A DNA stretch of 64,000 nt from the NCBI RefSeq assembly GCF_009914755.1, contig NC_060931.1. One strand, written 5' to 3'. Of this stretch, positions 1 to 12,720 are shown piece by piece. Position 1 is the first letter of the stretch. Every line of letters begins with the position of its first letter. The stretch is from the human T2T-CHM13v2.0 reference genome, Homo sapiens. The notes beneath the pieces were generated by a model. It was not told the origin of the DNA, did not search any database, and saw only the letters and a program-made list of their open reading frames with translations. A program made the translations under genes and the position numbers.

Positions 1-130
1 TGCTTTAGTTTCTTATTTTGTAGAATGGAAATCAGAAAAGCACCTCCCTCACATGCTGTTATAAAGAGTAAACAAATTAAATCCAATAAAATAATGCACA
101 TAACTGGTTACAGCAAGCACTGGTTATCAT
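1..130 (+). mobile_element. MIR SINE fragment (3' half)
   Basis: Degenerate match to the MIR core (cctcagtttcctcatctgtaaaatgggg...acctcatagggttgttgtgagg). Confidence 0.6.
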
Positions 131-468
131 TAATAACATCATCTTCATTATTTTCTACAGCCCCCAGAGGGCAGACTTAGGAACAATGGGTAGAAGTTAA
201 AGAAAAACAGATTTTGGCTGAATAATGGGTATAAATCTTACTTTCCTATTTCAGATTCCATCTCTTCATTTTTAATGTAATATAGCTGAAGTTATTTCTG
301 ATAGGTCAGCTTTTAAATTCCTATGGTTCCTTAGTTATCTAAATTAATTTCTATTAGAGGAACTAAAGTTAGAAAAATTTAAAAAAATACATTATTTTCA
401 TTCAAAAAAGAATCAGTATTCTAATTTACCTATCAGGTAAATATGGATTATTAGATTTTCTTAAAAGG

Positions 469-660
469 AGGGTTGCCAGACAAAATATAGGATGCCAAGC
501 TAAATATAAATTTTAGATTAAATAATGAATGAGTTTTTAGTATATATATGTCATAAACATTTCATGGGACCTACTTATACTAAAAATCTATTTGTTGTTT
601 ACCTGAAATTAAATTTTAACTGGGTATCCTATAATTTATTCGCTAACTTTAGCAACCCTA
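469..660. mobile_element. MER53 palindromic non-autonomous DNA transposon (MITE-like)
   Basis: Termini AGGGTTGCCAGA...AGCAACCCT and an internal palindrome matching the MER53 consensus (...catgggac-tacttatactaaaa...tttaactggg). TAAAAG lies on both flanks, consistent with a decayed TSD. Confidence 0.85.
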
Positions 661-2194
661 TGTAAAAGGATAAATGTTAACAAAACTCAAGTAATTTAAA
701 AAAGTTTTTACATAAACAAAATTTTGAGCTTCCTTTTTCATGTAGGATGATTTCTTGCATTGATAGAGAAATGTTACATATCTGCCAGTTTTTGTTTAAA
801 CAACATTTCAGAAATTCTTCTTTCCTGACACGTCATTTAGTCATGTCTCAGATTTCCTGTGCCAGCTTAAGTTGCTCAAGAAGAGGTTATGGTTGGCTAC
901 GCACTTGTGACAATGTGCAGAAACATCACTTCCCATTTGGCTAAAGGCAGACAGACCTTATGGTAGACTTTTGTTTTCACCTCTGTTAGATGTGGATGAC
1001 ACAGCTCCTTCGTTCAACGCATATTTACACAATGGGTATATCCAAATACGTAAGACAACCACTGTCAAAGAAAACATCTTATGTCATTTTCCTCAGGCTC
1101 TACAAATACAGCCACTGTCACCTGAATGCTGTGAACTAGCAACTGGATGCAGACAGCAAGATATTTTGATGTTTCAATAATATTTACACTTATGTCACTA
1201 AACACTTGTGTAGATTTGTGGGGTATGAGGAATGAAAATAGACTTAAATAATTGTTCCATCTGCTCAACAATATAAAAGAAATTGTTAAAAGACATGAAC
1301 AACTGTCGAGGTACATTTCTAGAGGGTCCGCCAAGTAGCCCACAGGCCACGGATAGGAGGCTGACATCTGAGAAGACAAGAAGGATGAGCCAGCAACAAA
1401 AATACTGAGACAGGAAGGCGGGTAGTGGTGCAAAAAGCCCATGAAAAAAGAATCGAAACAGGAAGAAGGAACCCGCAGTCAGACAGGAATGCGAATCCTG
1501 TGGGCAATTCAAGGAAGTAGTGAGGTTTGGAGGAGACACACAGAATGCAGGCAAGCATGACTCCGTTTCCACATGACAGCTACTTCTCAGGGCTCTAAGA
1601 CACTATTTCACATGGAAACAAGACAATCCATGTGAAGATATCCCTAACACCACCAACTTTTTAGGAGAAGCTGGTTATTACAGTCACAAATCAGGGTGGC
1701 TTTCATCCCAGACTCAGGGTGAGGACAGAGTCCTTGAGGGAAGCCTGACACGAAAAGTGCAGATGAACACTCATTATGTCCCACAGAGCAGGTCAAGGAG
1801 ACAAAACAAGAACATGAAGAACCACTCTCAAGTGGGATTCTTCTAGAAAGATCCCAGGAGGAAAGTCACTATGTCTTAAAGGTCTTGCAACTTATTTTTA
1901 TCCCTTTCTTATTTTACGTACTTTGTCAGTTATCTCAAATGTTTTGTAGACAGAAAAATAAACAAATCTTGGTAGTTCCAGTGCCCGTCAATACTCCACA
2001 CACAGCTGATGTTTAATAAATGCTGATTAAATTAAATAATTTATTTGTAGCTGTTCTCTTGAAGGGGTCAAAAAGAAAGATGGTAAATTGGATCTGGGGC
2101 TCAAGAATAAAAAGAGGGAAAACTATCTAAGGTATCACAGTATAAAATGTGAAGACCAAAAGAGGAAGATCACAGAGTAATGCGCAAGATCTCC

Positions 2195-2425
2195 TAGTGC
2201 TCATGAGTCCAGAGACAGACTTGGGTTGGGGCCCTGCTCTGCCTCTTACCAGCTCTGTGACAAATTGGGCAAGTCACTGAAGGTTCTCCCAGCCTCAGAA
2301 TACTCATGTGACAAATGGATGTCATCAGAGTACCTACGCTGGAGAGGCGTGGGGAATTACATGACATTATACATGTAGAGTTCTTAGCTCCGCACCTGTC
2401 ATGGAATAGACACATAGTAAATGGT
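2195..2425 (+). mobile_element. MIR SINE
   Basis: agacttgggtt...ctctgcc-cttaccagctctgtgac...gggcaagtcact...cctcag...gtacctac pattern. Confidence 0.7.
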
Positions 2426-4110
2426 AGGAAGGGTAGATGCAGAGGGAACAGTAGTAATGAAATATTGAACCTGAAAAACTTTTTAAAAATTTGTGTCATG
2501 ACTGGAGAGGAAATCTATGTTAATGCAATCATGCTTAGTGAAATCTCAAATACACAGTTAACCCTGAGAGTCTCATACATTATTGTAATGTCAGTAGAGG
2601 AAACAACAGCCATCACCATGCCCCCATTTGTGGGTCTGAACAATTAGCAGCAAGCCAGGTAGGAAGTTGGTAATTTCACAGGAAAGCCAGAGAAAAAAAG
2701 GAAGAATGGCTAGAAATAGCGGGGGTGGTTGCTGTGGTACAAAATCTACCTTCCCTACTCCTTTACTGGGGGATAATAGGATTGGCAACCCATAGGCACG
2801 CTGGGATTTCCCAGCAAATCAAATAAATTTCGTAATTGTTGTTCGCTACAAAATTATTTTTCTCTTCCTGTAAGAAACCGGAAAAGCCTACAGAGAATGT
2901 ATTGTTAATATTAAACCCTCGACTAAAGGAGATGTAGAGGTATTTATGGATAGTAGTCAACTCACTCTCTCTCCTCAGATTACATTACACTTAACGATTT
3001 AAGGCTTATAGTTTACTATATAGAAAAAGAGAAAGGAGAGAGAAATACTAATCACCACAGTACTTGCTGAGACATTTTATATCAGAAACAACTGAGATTG
3101 GTAGTGCTATTCATGTATCTGAAAAATATATAATTTTTTAAACTTGGTAAAATCCTACCCATATGACTTAGCTAGAAATAAATTTTAAATTAAAGTATCA
3201 TTTATTCTAGAATGTATTTAAATAAAAACCACTTTATTACTTTTAATGTATTATGGAGATGGTCAATTTAAAGTCCACTGGGTCTACTTTTTGAATAGAT
3301 TAAGCACACTTGAAATTAGCACTAATTATAATTAGCATTAATTGTAGCCCCAAATAAATATTCTAATTTTAATAATGTACTTCTTTTCAGAGGGTTCACA
3401 ACATAAATTTTATAAATAATCCCTTTATCCATAAATTGCACTAAGGTAAAGTAAATTTCAATGTAGTTTAGGCAGATTAATTATGAATTAGGAATCAGTA
3501 GAATTTTTTATTAATATGATCTTAACATAGTTGAAAATAATTTTATTTGATATGTGAATACCATCACAATTGCCTCAGGCTCTCACATCTATCATCTCCA
3601 TTGGTTTTACATAAAAGTACCTAGAGATTAGGTAATTTTCCCCTAGTTGTTCTGTGAGTTGGTTATAGATATAAGATTAGAATATAAAATATAGAATTAA
3701 TAGTATAACGTATGACCCAGTTACTATAACATAATGAATTAACCTCTGTTTCCTAGAAGTTTTTATCTTTACATGTTGAGCTTAACCCCTCATACCCAGA
3801 AGTCAAATTTCTGGCAACATCTCTAATTCTTTTTGGAACAAAATGATTAAGGTAAATAAAATAAAATAAAATAAAAGGCCACCAAACATCCAAAATAGCT
3901 ATGAAAACAAAGCTTCACTCCCCAGAAGGCCTTAAAATCTTCATGTAGAATTTATCTTTACCTGAACACAATTTTTAAAAGACATGGTTTTCCGTGGCAC
4001 AGAATGAACAAGATGAAAAGTCAGAACTGATGGCAGGGATATTAAAGATATGAATAATAACTACATATAGTATGGAACCTTGTTAGAGGATCATACCAAA
4101 GGCTTAGTTT

Positions 4111-4565
4111 AGTACGGTAAATTAGATTGGTATTTGGCAAATAATCACTTTTCCCTAACCACCTCATGGAATAAGTATACTTCCCTGCTCTGCTGTTAGG
4201 CTTAGTGATTGACTTACTTTGACCAACGGAATGGAATCAGATGTGATTCCAGTTGACAGCTGAAGTGCGCTTGCACAGTTGGGCTAACACTCTTGTACTC
4301 CTACCACGACCATAGGAATAGCTTCGCTGGTTTGCTTCCTTCAGACTGGGCCCTCAAAATAAACATTTCTGGAACAGACCTAAGCTTAATCCACAGTGAG
4401 GACCTAAACCCAGACAGGCCTGCAGCATGAAGTAGAGTCATGCCGTCAGGCCTGGCCCAGAACATGCCCAGCCAATCTCTATCACAGAGAGTGAGAATGA
4501 ATGAAAATTAGTTTAAGCCACTGAGTTGTGGAATTGATTTTTATGGAGCAACAGCTGACTGATGC
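4111..4565 (+). mobile_element. Old MLT1-family MaLR LTR (subfamily uncertain)
   Basis: 3' end tttaagccactgagttgtgg...gcaacagctgactgatgca is a typical MLT1 terminus; internal tgacttactttgaccaacggaat motif. Confidence 0.7.
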
Positions 4566-5094
4566 AATCATAAAGAAAAAGTGAAAAGATGTTTAAATTG
4601 CTTCCGCTTAAAACCATTACATTTCAGTACAATTTATATCAGCAGCTACTAAAATATTTGAATGTTTAGTGTTTGAATTTCAGCTGACTAGAAAATTTCA
4701 TTTATACAGAGAGCATCCCAAAGCCACTACTTAGCAGCATGATACATGGATCTTAGAAGTTGTGTGTCCAGCAAAAGGGAATGAGCATTTTCTTTAAATA
4801 AAGTCTGCTTAGCTTTGCTGAACAGTTCTACCAGACCCTCAGTTAATATACTTTCATCTGAGGTTTCATGCTGCTGACTAGCAATAAGAAACAGTCACAT
4901 GATGCTTGGGCTGAGAAAATGTTTCAGTTCCCACAAATAGAGCAATGCAGGAAATTTCAAGACATGCATAATGAAAACGAAAGAAAATCCTTGTTTTCTT
5001 AGAAAATCTCCCTTCATGTTTGTACAGAGTGAAGTAACAGATATCCAGATTTAATGCCAAATCACAGTGACATGACTTGTTACCATTGTTATGC

Positions 5095-5340
5095 TACCAT
5101 TACAAGGCACTTCCCGTGTGACCGGCTTTCTGCTGGGTGTTTTCACCATTATCACTTCAAGTTAACCACACAACTATTCCAAAAGGAAGGTATTATTACC
5201 ATGTATGTGTACTTTAGAAAATGAAAAAACTAAAACATACAGAACATAAGTTACTTGGCCAAGTTGTATGGCTTGGAAGTGGTCAAGCAGGAATTTGGAG
5301 CGAGGGCTGTCTGACTTCAGAACAGTGCTCTTACTATATC
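5095..5340 (-). mobile_element. MIR SINE
   Basis: Reverse MIR motifs (ggtattattacc...atgaaaaaact...aagttacttggccaag...tctgacttcaga). Confidence 0.7.
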
Positions 5341-5689
5341 CCATTCTATGAGAAAATTGTTCTAGTATATTCACTTCAACATCAGAAACTGCCACACAGA
5401 TCATATCACAAAGCCATCTTCTAATCTTTTCTCCTCAAAATGAAGAGATTTAACATGGTAACATTTGGCAAAGAACTTCATAGCTTCCCCTCAGTCCCAC
5501 AATATTTGCTTGAATCAAAGGGTCAGGATGCTCAAGAGAGCAATTTCAAATTATCTTTCATAAACCAGTAAACAAGATTAGAGATTTTAAATCCATAGCC
5601 CATCAAAAACTGATTTGGCTGTGTCAAAAAGAAACAGAGGTCAAAGTGACCTAAGATAGGGCAATTTAAGAGGAAAAAAATGCACTAGA

Positions 5690-6535
5690 TTGAAAGACAT
5701 CTAATATATAAAAACTCATGAGTTCATAATGATACTAATGAGAAAATTTCAATGATTCATTACTGCCGGTTGCCAGGGTACAAATTTATGATTCCAAAAA
5801 GTTATAAATAAGGAGAAAGTATCAAGCATTTATCTTACCTTTCCTGTAAAAAGTGTATTTCAAGGTAATCAAGTAGCAGATGGGTAGAAGTTCTTTATGG
5901 AAGAATTCACCCAATAAATGTACAAGAAATGACAGAATCACAATGAGAAAACTAAGATTTTCCTAATTCCTAAGATAAATAATGGATCTTGACAGTGATC
6001 ATCAATGGATGCTAAATCCATCAGGGAAAGCTTGATAGAGAACTTTCAAATGGGATCGGGCTGACAGCATTTGAACTTGCTGATCTAGGTATCTTCAGCA
6101 GTGTCCCTGGAAGAGGCACAGGCAGACAACAAGTCTCTCTTGCAGAAAAAAAGACACAGCCCCAGCTATGAGACATTTTTGCCAAAAAAAGCAAATAAAC
6201 AGACCAGAGTCTAATCAAGTCTCTGGAGCTAACAAGTACATCCTTGAAACATTGTAATATGGGCTGGCTGTATAGGATATTAATTCTTGAAATGATTACT
6301 CCTTATGTTACATGTCATGACAATTTGGTTAAAAAAATCCTCGGAAATGTATACTGGAGTATTTTGAGGTAATATAACACCATATTTAGGATTTGCTTAA
6401 ATGTACTACAGGAAAAAGAAAGATCAGACATGGATAAGATTGGCAAAATGTGGATAATTTTTGAAGTTCAAAAAATACATGAATATATAGTACATTATCT
6501 TTGTACACCTTTGTGTACAAATTTCCACAATAAAT
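5690..6535 (+). mobile_element. Old L1 (L1MC-like) 3' UTR fragment
   Basis: Motifs catgagttcataatgatact, aagcatttatcttacctttcctgt, gttctttatggaagaattc; ends tttccacaataaa. Confidence 0.6.
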
Positions 6536-9039
6536 AAGGCAGAAAGGGAAATCCAGAAAAACTAGCTCACCACAGTTCATGCCCATTTAAATATAGGGAC
6601 CATAAGTCGTGCACCAGTTAACGTCTGTGTCTGTCTGTTCTCTCTTTCTTCTCTTTATTCTTTAGAATTATAGTTTCTATATTAAATAGCTAAGTTTGGG
6701 AAAGGTTTTGTTTTCTTAACAGGAGAGTCAATGAAACAGAAAACGTTTTAAAATCAGAACCGAGAGCACCAAAATTCATTAACTCAATAAATACTTATTA
6801 AGTACCTACCTTCTCCTTACTGTCAAAACTCAAAGCTGTGGCAATACAGCAGTGTATGAGACACAGGTTCCTCCTGTTAAAACAGTGGTTGCCAAAAATC
6901 TAGCAAATGTTGGTTTCCCATTAGGATCAGAAGTAAGGATGTGGTAACAGAGGCAATTTCCAAAATCAACTCGGGCATGTAAAATGTCAATAAAACCCAA
7001 CTCTGAAGTCACATCTAACCGATTCTGACAGAGTTTTACGCTGAGCCAAGGCCATCCTGCCCAAGCACACTAAATGTTGACTCTGAAGCACATGTAGGGG
7101 AATTAAACAGTAACCAAGGATTGGAAGGGAATTTTGTCACAGTTTACACAGTCAGTAGCACCAGGATAGAAAAGCAAAGGCACCTAGGAGAATTGGAAAA
7201 TTCTGTCACTACCAGCACCCCCACCACCCCTGAAAAAACAAATCAGAAAAAGACAGGATTTTAATGAATAACCTTGCATGCTGAACCCTGGGTAAGAAGG
7301 AAGAAAAGACAGAAAAACTGAGATAACCCTCAGGAGTCTCAGAGTTCTATATTTTGTGGTGCAGACAGGGCAGCTCACCAGGCTAGGGCTGTGGTGAGCT
7401 ATTTCCTTTTTTAACATTCCAAGATGCCAATATAGATGATGTCCTTCTCCAGGTACCCATTTCTCTTTTCAACACCTGTAGTTCTTGATTAATTAATTCA
7501 ATCAGGACAGACTTATGTATTAACTGTACACTTTCTTGACAACCCCTTCTGACACTCAGGTGCCTAATGTAGGCCATCTCTTCTTCAGCTGCTAGGTAAT
7601 ACATACCCCTGTTTTTATGGAATCAATATAACATAAGGATTCCCTGGCCAAACTTGAAAATTATCTTTAGATTTAGATTTGTTCTGTTTTGAAAGACACG
7701 TATGGAAATGCTTATTTGCACACAAATAGACATCCTCATAAAACTGCCCAAATTCACTGAAGACGCCTATATAAACATGATAGTCTTCAGATTCAATAAT
7801 GACAAAGCAAAATATCCTGCAGCTCTGGAATGTACCCTTAAAGTATAAAGTGTCAAAAACAAATAATAAAATGTCTAGGAAAAAAATGAGAGATTTAAGC
7901 TTTGAATTTTTTCCTTGAAGAAAAGAAAAAAAGATATCGTTATCTAAAATACTATGTACCCTGAGACAAAACTGTCAGACAGCTTCATTTTGGGTTATCT
8001 CCTAAATAGAGTCTCACTTTTCCCTAAGCCTTTCTCTCCAGTCCCACTCAGAAATGGGTATCTAACTCCTGAGACCTAGACCATCATATTAACATTGTAT
8101 TGGGACCATTTGTCAATTATGGGACAAAGGAGACACATCGTGAATGAAATACAGCCCTGTTTAGACATCTCTAACAGATCCATGGAGTGGCATGCAGGTG
8201 GGAGATTTGTAATTACTACTCCAACACAAGGTGTTAAAAAATATGATAGAAATAGTCAAAAATACAGTGGTGTCCCTAGCAAGAGGTACATACCCAACAG
8301 TGGTGAAGGGGAGTAGATTTTTAAATAAATAGGCTGGAAAGGCAGTAGACAAGCAGGAAACCAGTGGGATCGTGGGACAAGGTCCCGTATGAGACCTCGC
8401 ATGCAGACAGGGAGCACAACTAGGTGAGTTTTCAGGCAAAAGCATAGAAGCATAAAATCACATCTTCAGGCAGGTCACACTGTTGGCTGGAGGATCAGTT
8501 TTAGAGTGAAGTTTTAATACATGGTCATTCTTCTTCAAGTTTAAACACTCAGTCCATGGCTAGATAAACCACCAGATAATAAACAGAATTACAAAGCCTT
8601 TTTAAATGTGTTCTTTTGGCAACTGAAATATCCCCTTTTAATTCTTTGAAAGGTTAGATGTTTATAGATAAAAAAATGTATCTCCTATATAATTAATGGA
8701 TTTTCTTATCCTCTTTTGGAAAACATGTAAGACAATACTTATTTGCACACATATATACATACACATAGAAACACCCAAACTCCTAAGTGAAAATTTCTGT
8801 ACATATCCAAGTCTTCATATTCAGTAGTGATAAAATCATGATTAAAGCAGCCAGTATGACCTCTTGTTTTTTTTCTATTAGTACTATGGGAAAGAGCACA
8901 GAGCTTAAACATGTGCTAAGTCACTTATTAGCTTTGAGTCCCCTTGGCAAGTTTCCACTCATTTAGTTTCCTATCGGGCAGGATTGTGTTAACTGGGGCA
9001 GGAGAGCCTTATGGTGAACATCAAACATTCTAGAGTTGC

Positions 9040-9250
9040 ACTGCTGAGAATGTATCCTAGCTCTGCCACTTAGTTGCTCTGTGCCCTTAGGAAGGTTCCT
9101 TAACCCCTTTGTCCCTCAGTTTCCTCATCTATAAAATGGGGATAACACTAGTATCTACCACCTCATAGTGTGACTGAAAGGATTAATTAAGTAATGCATT
9201 TAAAGAGCTTACAGTAACAGCTGGCAGGCAGTAAGTGCTCAATACGTTGT
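9040..9250 (+). mobile_element. MIR SINE
   Basis: cctcagtttcctcatctataaaatggggataa core is nearly exact. Confidence 0.85.
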
Positions 9251-9269
9251 CAATGCTTGTTTTTATATG

Positions 9270-9510
9270 TTGTCAACGTAAAAGACACACTGGATTTCGA
9301 AGACTTGGGTCCAAAAAAGAATATAAAATACCTAATTAATAATTGTTATGAAATGACAATATTTTAGATATACTGTGTTAAATATAATGTCAAAATTAAT
9401 TTTGCCTATTTTTCCCTTTTTTTACTTGTTAAAGTTCTTTTTACTGTGGCTGTTATAAAATTTAAAATTATATGTGTGACTTGCATTTCATTTTTATTGG
9501 CCAGGGATGC
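9270..9510. mobile_element. MER33-like hAT-Charlie DNA transposon fragment
   Basis: acacactggatttcgaagactt...aaaatttaaaattatatgtgtgact...ttttattggccag matches MER33/MER3-type sequence. Confidence 0.7.
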
Positions 9511-9865
9511 TCCAGAAGGTTGATGCCTGAAACTAGAGATCCATTACCTTTCCTCCTTTCTAGGGCTTCAAATTAGGTTTTAATTTAAGAACACCTTTGC
9601 TATATATAATCAATACAAAAAACTTTACCCACTTATTGTACTTTGCCCTGTTGACACTGACCTCCCATTCTCCACCAGAAGAAATAATCAAACCCATCAC
9701 CAACAAATCACCCATCCATTATTCAATTTTTATAAATATCTTAGTTACAGTTTTTCACTTAATGACCTTTCAAGGATATACAACTTAAAACCAATGACTT
9801 TAACTTATATCCAGAAGTCCTTCCAAAGGACATATGAATCAAATACTAAATTACGGTTTGGTGTT

Positions 9866-10225
9866 TGATATGGTTTGGATTTGTGTCCCTGCCCATATCT
9901 CATGTTGAACTGTAATCTCCTAGTGGGAGATGACTGGATCATGGGGATGGATTTCCTCCTTATTGTTCTGATGATAGTGAGTGAGTTCTCATGAGATCTG
10001 GTTGTTTAAAGGCATGTAGCACCTCCCCCTTCTCGCTCTTCCTCCTGCTCCAGCAATGTAAGTCGTGCCTGCTTCCCCTTCCGCCATGATGAAAGTTTCC
10101 TGAGGACTCCCCAGCCACACTTCCTGTACAGCCTGCAGAATCATGGGCCAATTAAACTTCTTTTTTTAAATAAATTACCCAGTTTCAGGTGTTTCTTTAT
10201 AGCAGTGTGAGAATTGACTAATACA
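9866..10225 (+). mobile_element. MSTA-type MaLR solo LTR
   Basis: TGATATGGTTTGG...CTAATACA termini; perfect 5-bp TSD GTGTT (9861-9865 / 10226-10230). Confidence 0.9.
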
Positions 10226-12579
10226 GTGTTAAATGCATTCATTGAACTAATCCAAATCTTGAAAGCTGGCATCAGTTTTTGCTAACTGAGATTTCCAAAT
10301 CAAGGTTTATGGTGTCAACTGAAGAATCACAAAATATTCTTAAGACCCTCTTTCTGGAGATTCTAAGTTAGTCTTTCAAGGATAAGCCCCTGGAACTTCT
10401 ATTTTAGCTTTTAGTCTCAAGGTAAAGATAGCATGAATCAATCACACAAATAAATGCATAATTATCATGGGTGATATGTGCTATAAAGGAAAATTATATG
10501 GTATCATTAGAGGTTCTAAAAAGATAAATAAATTATAAAATAAGATATCAAAATCTGAACTCTGTCAGCTAAATTGATTCTAATTATATTTTGAGATTGG
10601 GGGGAAGAAATTATGCATTTAGACATTCTGTACAATATAGAGTTATGGATTAAGATCCTGTAATAATTTTGAGATATAAACATATTTTCACAAGTAAAAA
10701 CTATATGAAAGCTAAACAGAAAAAGTCAATTCACCTCTAACATTGCAAAAATATCTGTTTAGACAAACCATTCTTATCTATTTCTGAAATAATCTAGTCA
10801 TCTGCATATGTAAGTAACCATATTTTATAACCTGGAAAAACAGGAGACTCTATGATCTTTTTAAAGTTGAAAACTACATTGCAGTAAGGGCAAATTGGTT
10901 AGGTTTTGAAAAGGTTAAATATACAAGCTCATTTTTGAAAGATTAGACAGATTATTTTTCATGGAAAGAAGCAAACAACATATTTTGATTCTATAAACTA
11001 TATTCTGGGTAAGCTATAAACATAGTGCCTGGAGCAAAGAATCACAATAAACATGCACTGAATGGATGGGCAAACTGTGACCATTGAGACAGAATTTCAG
11101 AACTGGAGATCTTTTAATTTAACTCTTCATTTTATGGGTAAATCAATTGCAGTTCAGGGTAATAACGTTATTTGGCTCAAAGAGCTAGAAGTGGCAGGGG
11201 GAGCACCAGATTTTCTGTCTCCAGATTCCTAGGCAGGGACCCCCTGACTCTACCGGGCTCACATTCACCAAACACCTTAACCCTCAGGCACACCCACAAA
11301 GGTCTGTTTACGAATCATCAGTGGTGGCACAAACATTAGACTGAAGAGGTACTGTTCAAATAGAGCCCTCAAGGTAAAGGAAGGTCTCTCATCTTTGTTA
11401 TAAAATAAGGGAAAGACCCACCAGGGATTGTGTACTAGGGCCCCACTCACATTGCTTCACAGACTTAGTATTGACTCCAGTGTTCCTACCAACTAATTCG
11501 CAGACATAATTAAGATACAACTATCAGCAAATATCCCAGCTTCTCCCCTTAAGAAGAAAGAGAGGTAAAATGAGAATTAAAGGGTATACATGAGATTTGA
11601 ACATTAGGCCCAGCAAAGATTAGCTTGGATTGGGGGTAGGTCAGGCAGAGAGGAGGAGAGATGTCTGGGCATTCCTAGGCCGTCTTCACTCTGGGAGACT
11701 GCCAGCGTTGCCCTACCTGCACACCTAAGGTCTCTCTGAATTCTAGAAAGATGTACAATACACCTTTACTCTTGAACTGAAAACAGGCTTTTAGAATATT
11801 CAAGGCTATCTGCTAGAATAGGTACTCCTGGTGCTGGGACATTTCCAATAGAGACCATATCACATTGATGAATGGTTATAATTTCCCACAGACTCAGCAC
11901 TATACCTGGATGCAGAAACGGACGCAGAGCCCAATCCGAAAAGAATTCAAGATACCAGCCCTGAAAAGAGCAGAGGCAACTCACAAGGGTATTTCTCAGA
12001 TTTTTCCTCACCTAGAGAGGAAGGCTGTACCCACTGATGCCCCTAGTTAATACTGTGTCCTCCTGAGAGTTGAAATGAACGAGAATCCACAACTTACACC
12101 CATAATCCTTCCTGCACTTTCTGAAGGCATCAAGAACTGAAAAGTGTCAAACCCATACAGCCTATTTCATAAGCCTGGTGTTTGTTTCTGAGTATCAGAA
12201 GCCAACCAAATCAGCCTTCTCTTTATCCCCATTTGACCATGTCAGTTGCACTGCTCCCTGTACCAGGTGTGATGCTCTCACTATCTAACCAGATAACCAC
12301 ACATGTGCAGGTGAGCACTTCGTAAGCAACCACAGAGGCTTTTGTGTGTCAGCGTTAACAAACCCAGGACCACTTTCTCAATATTGAGCCCTGTTCTCAA
12401 TATCCCACACCCCCACCCAGGCTGGCTGTGTAATAACTTTGTTTGGGAAATGAAGATACAAGGGACTATCATGAACCATTCCTTGTCTGACTATCACACT
12501 GTTAATATTCACATCTTCCCTCTTGTTTATCCACCACGCAGTATGTTTGCCACACTGGTCTTTCATCTGCCACTAAATA

Positions 12580-12720
12580 AATAAACACTTATCAAGTTCC
12601 TACCACGCATTAAGCACATTTTAGGGGTTTTCACATTTTATTTTTTAATCCCCTCAACAATCCTGTGAAATATTTTTACCAATATTTCCTAATAGATGAA
12701 GATGTTAGAACTCAATTATA
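12580..12720 (-). mobile_element. MIR fragment
   Basis: tttaatcccctcaacaatcctgtga...agatgaag reverse-MIR motif. Confidence 0.55.

Noticed and set aside
424-442. Short palindrome ATTTACCT-ATC-AGGTAAAT (a similar one lies at about 14300-14316)
   Set aside because: Stems of 8 bp or less are expected by chance in AT-rich 64-kb sequence.
700-1860. Possible terminal exon / 3' UTR on the minus strand
   Set aside because: The nearest AATAAA (about 635-640) lies within MER53, and I could not identify an upstream coding segment or stop codon.
7184-7417. 77-aa minus-strand ORF (MLKKEIAHHSPSLVSCPVCTTK...) with a CxxC motif and hydrophobic stretch, as a possible first coding exon
   Set aside because: The only candidate donor (AAG|GTTATT) is weak, and I cannot match the peptide to a known protein.
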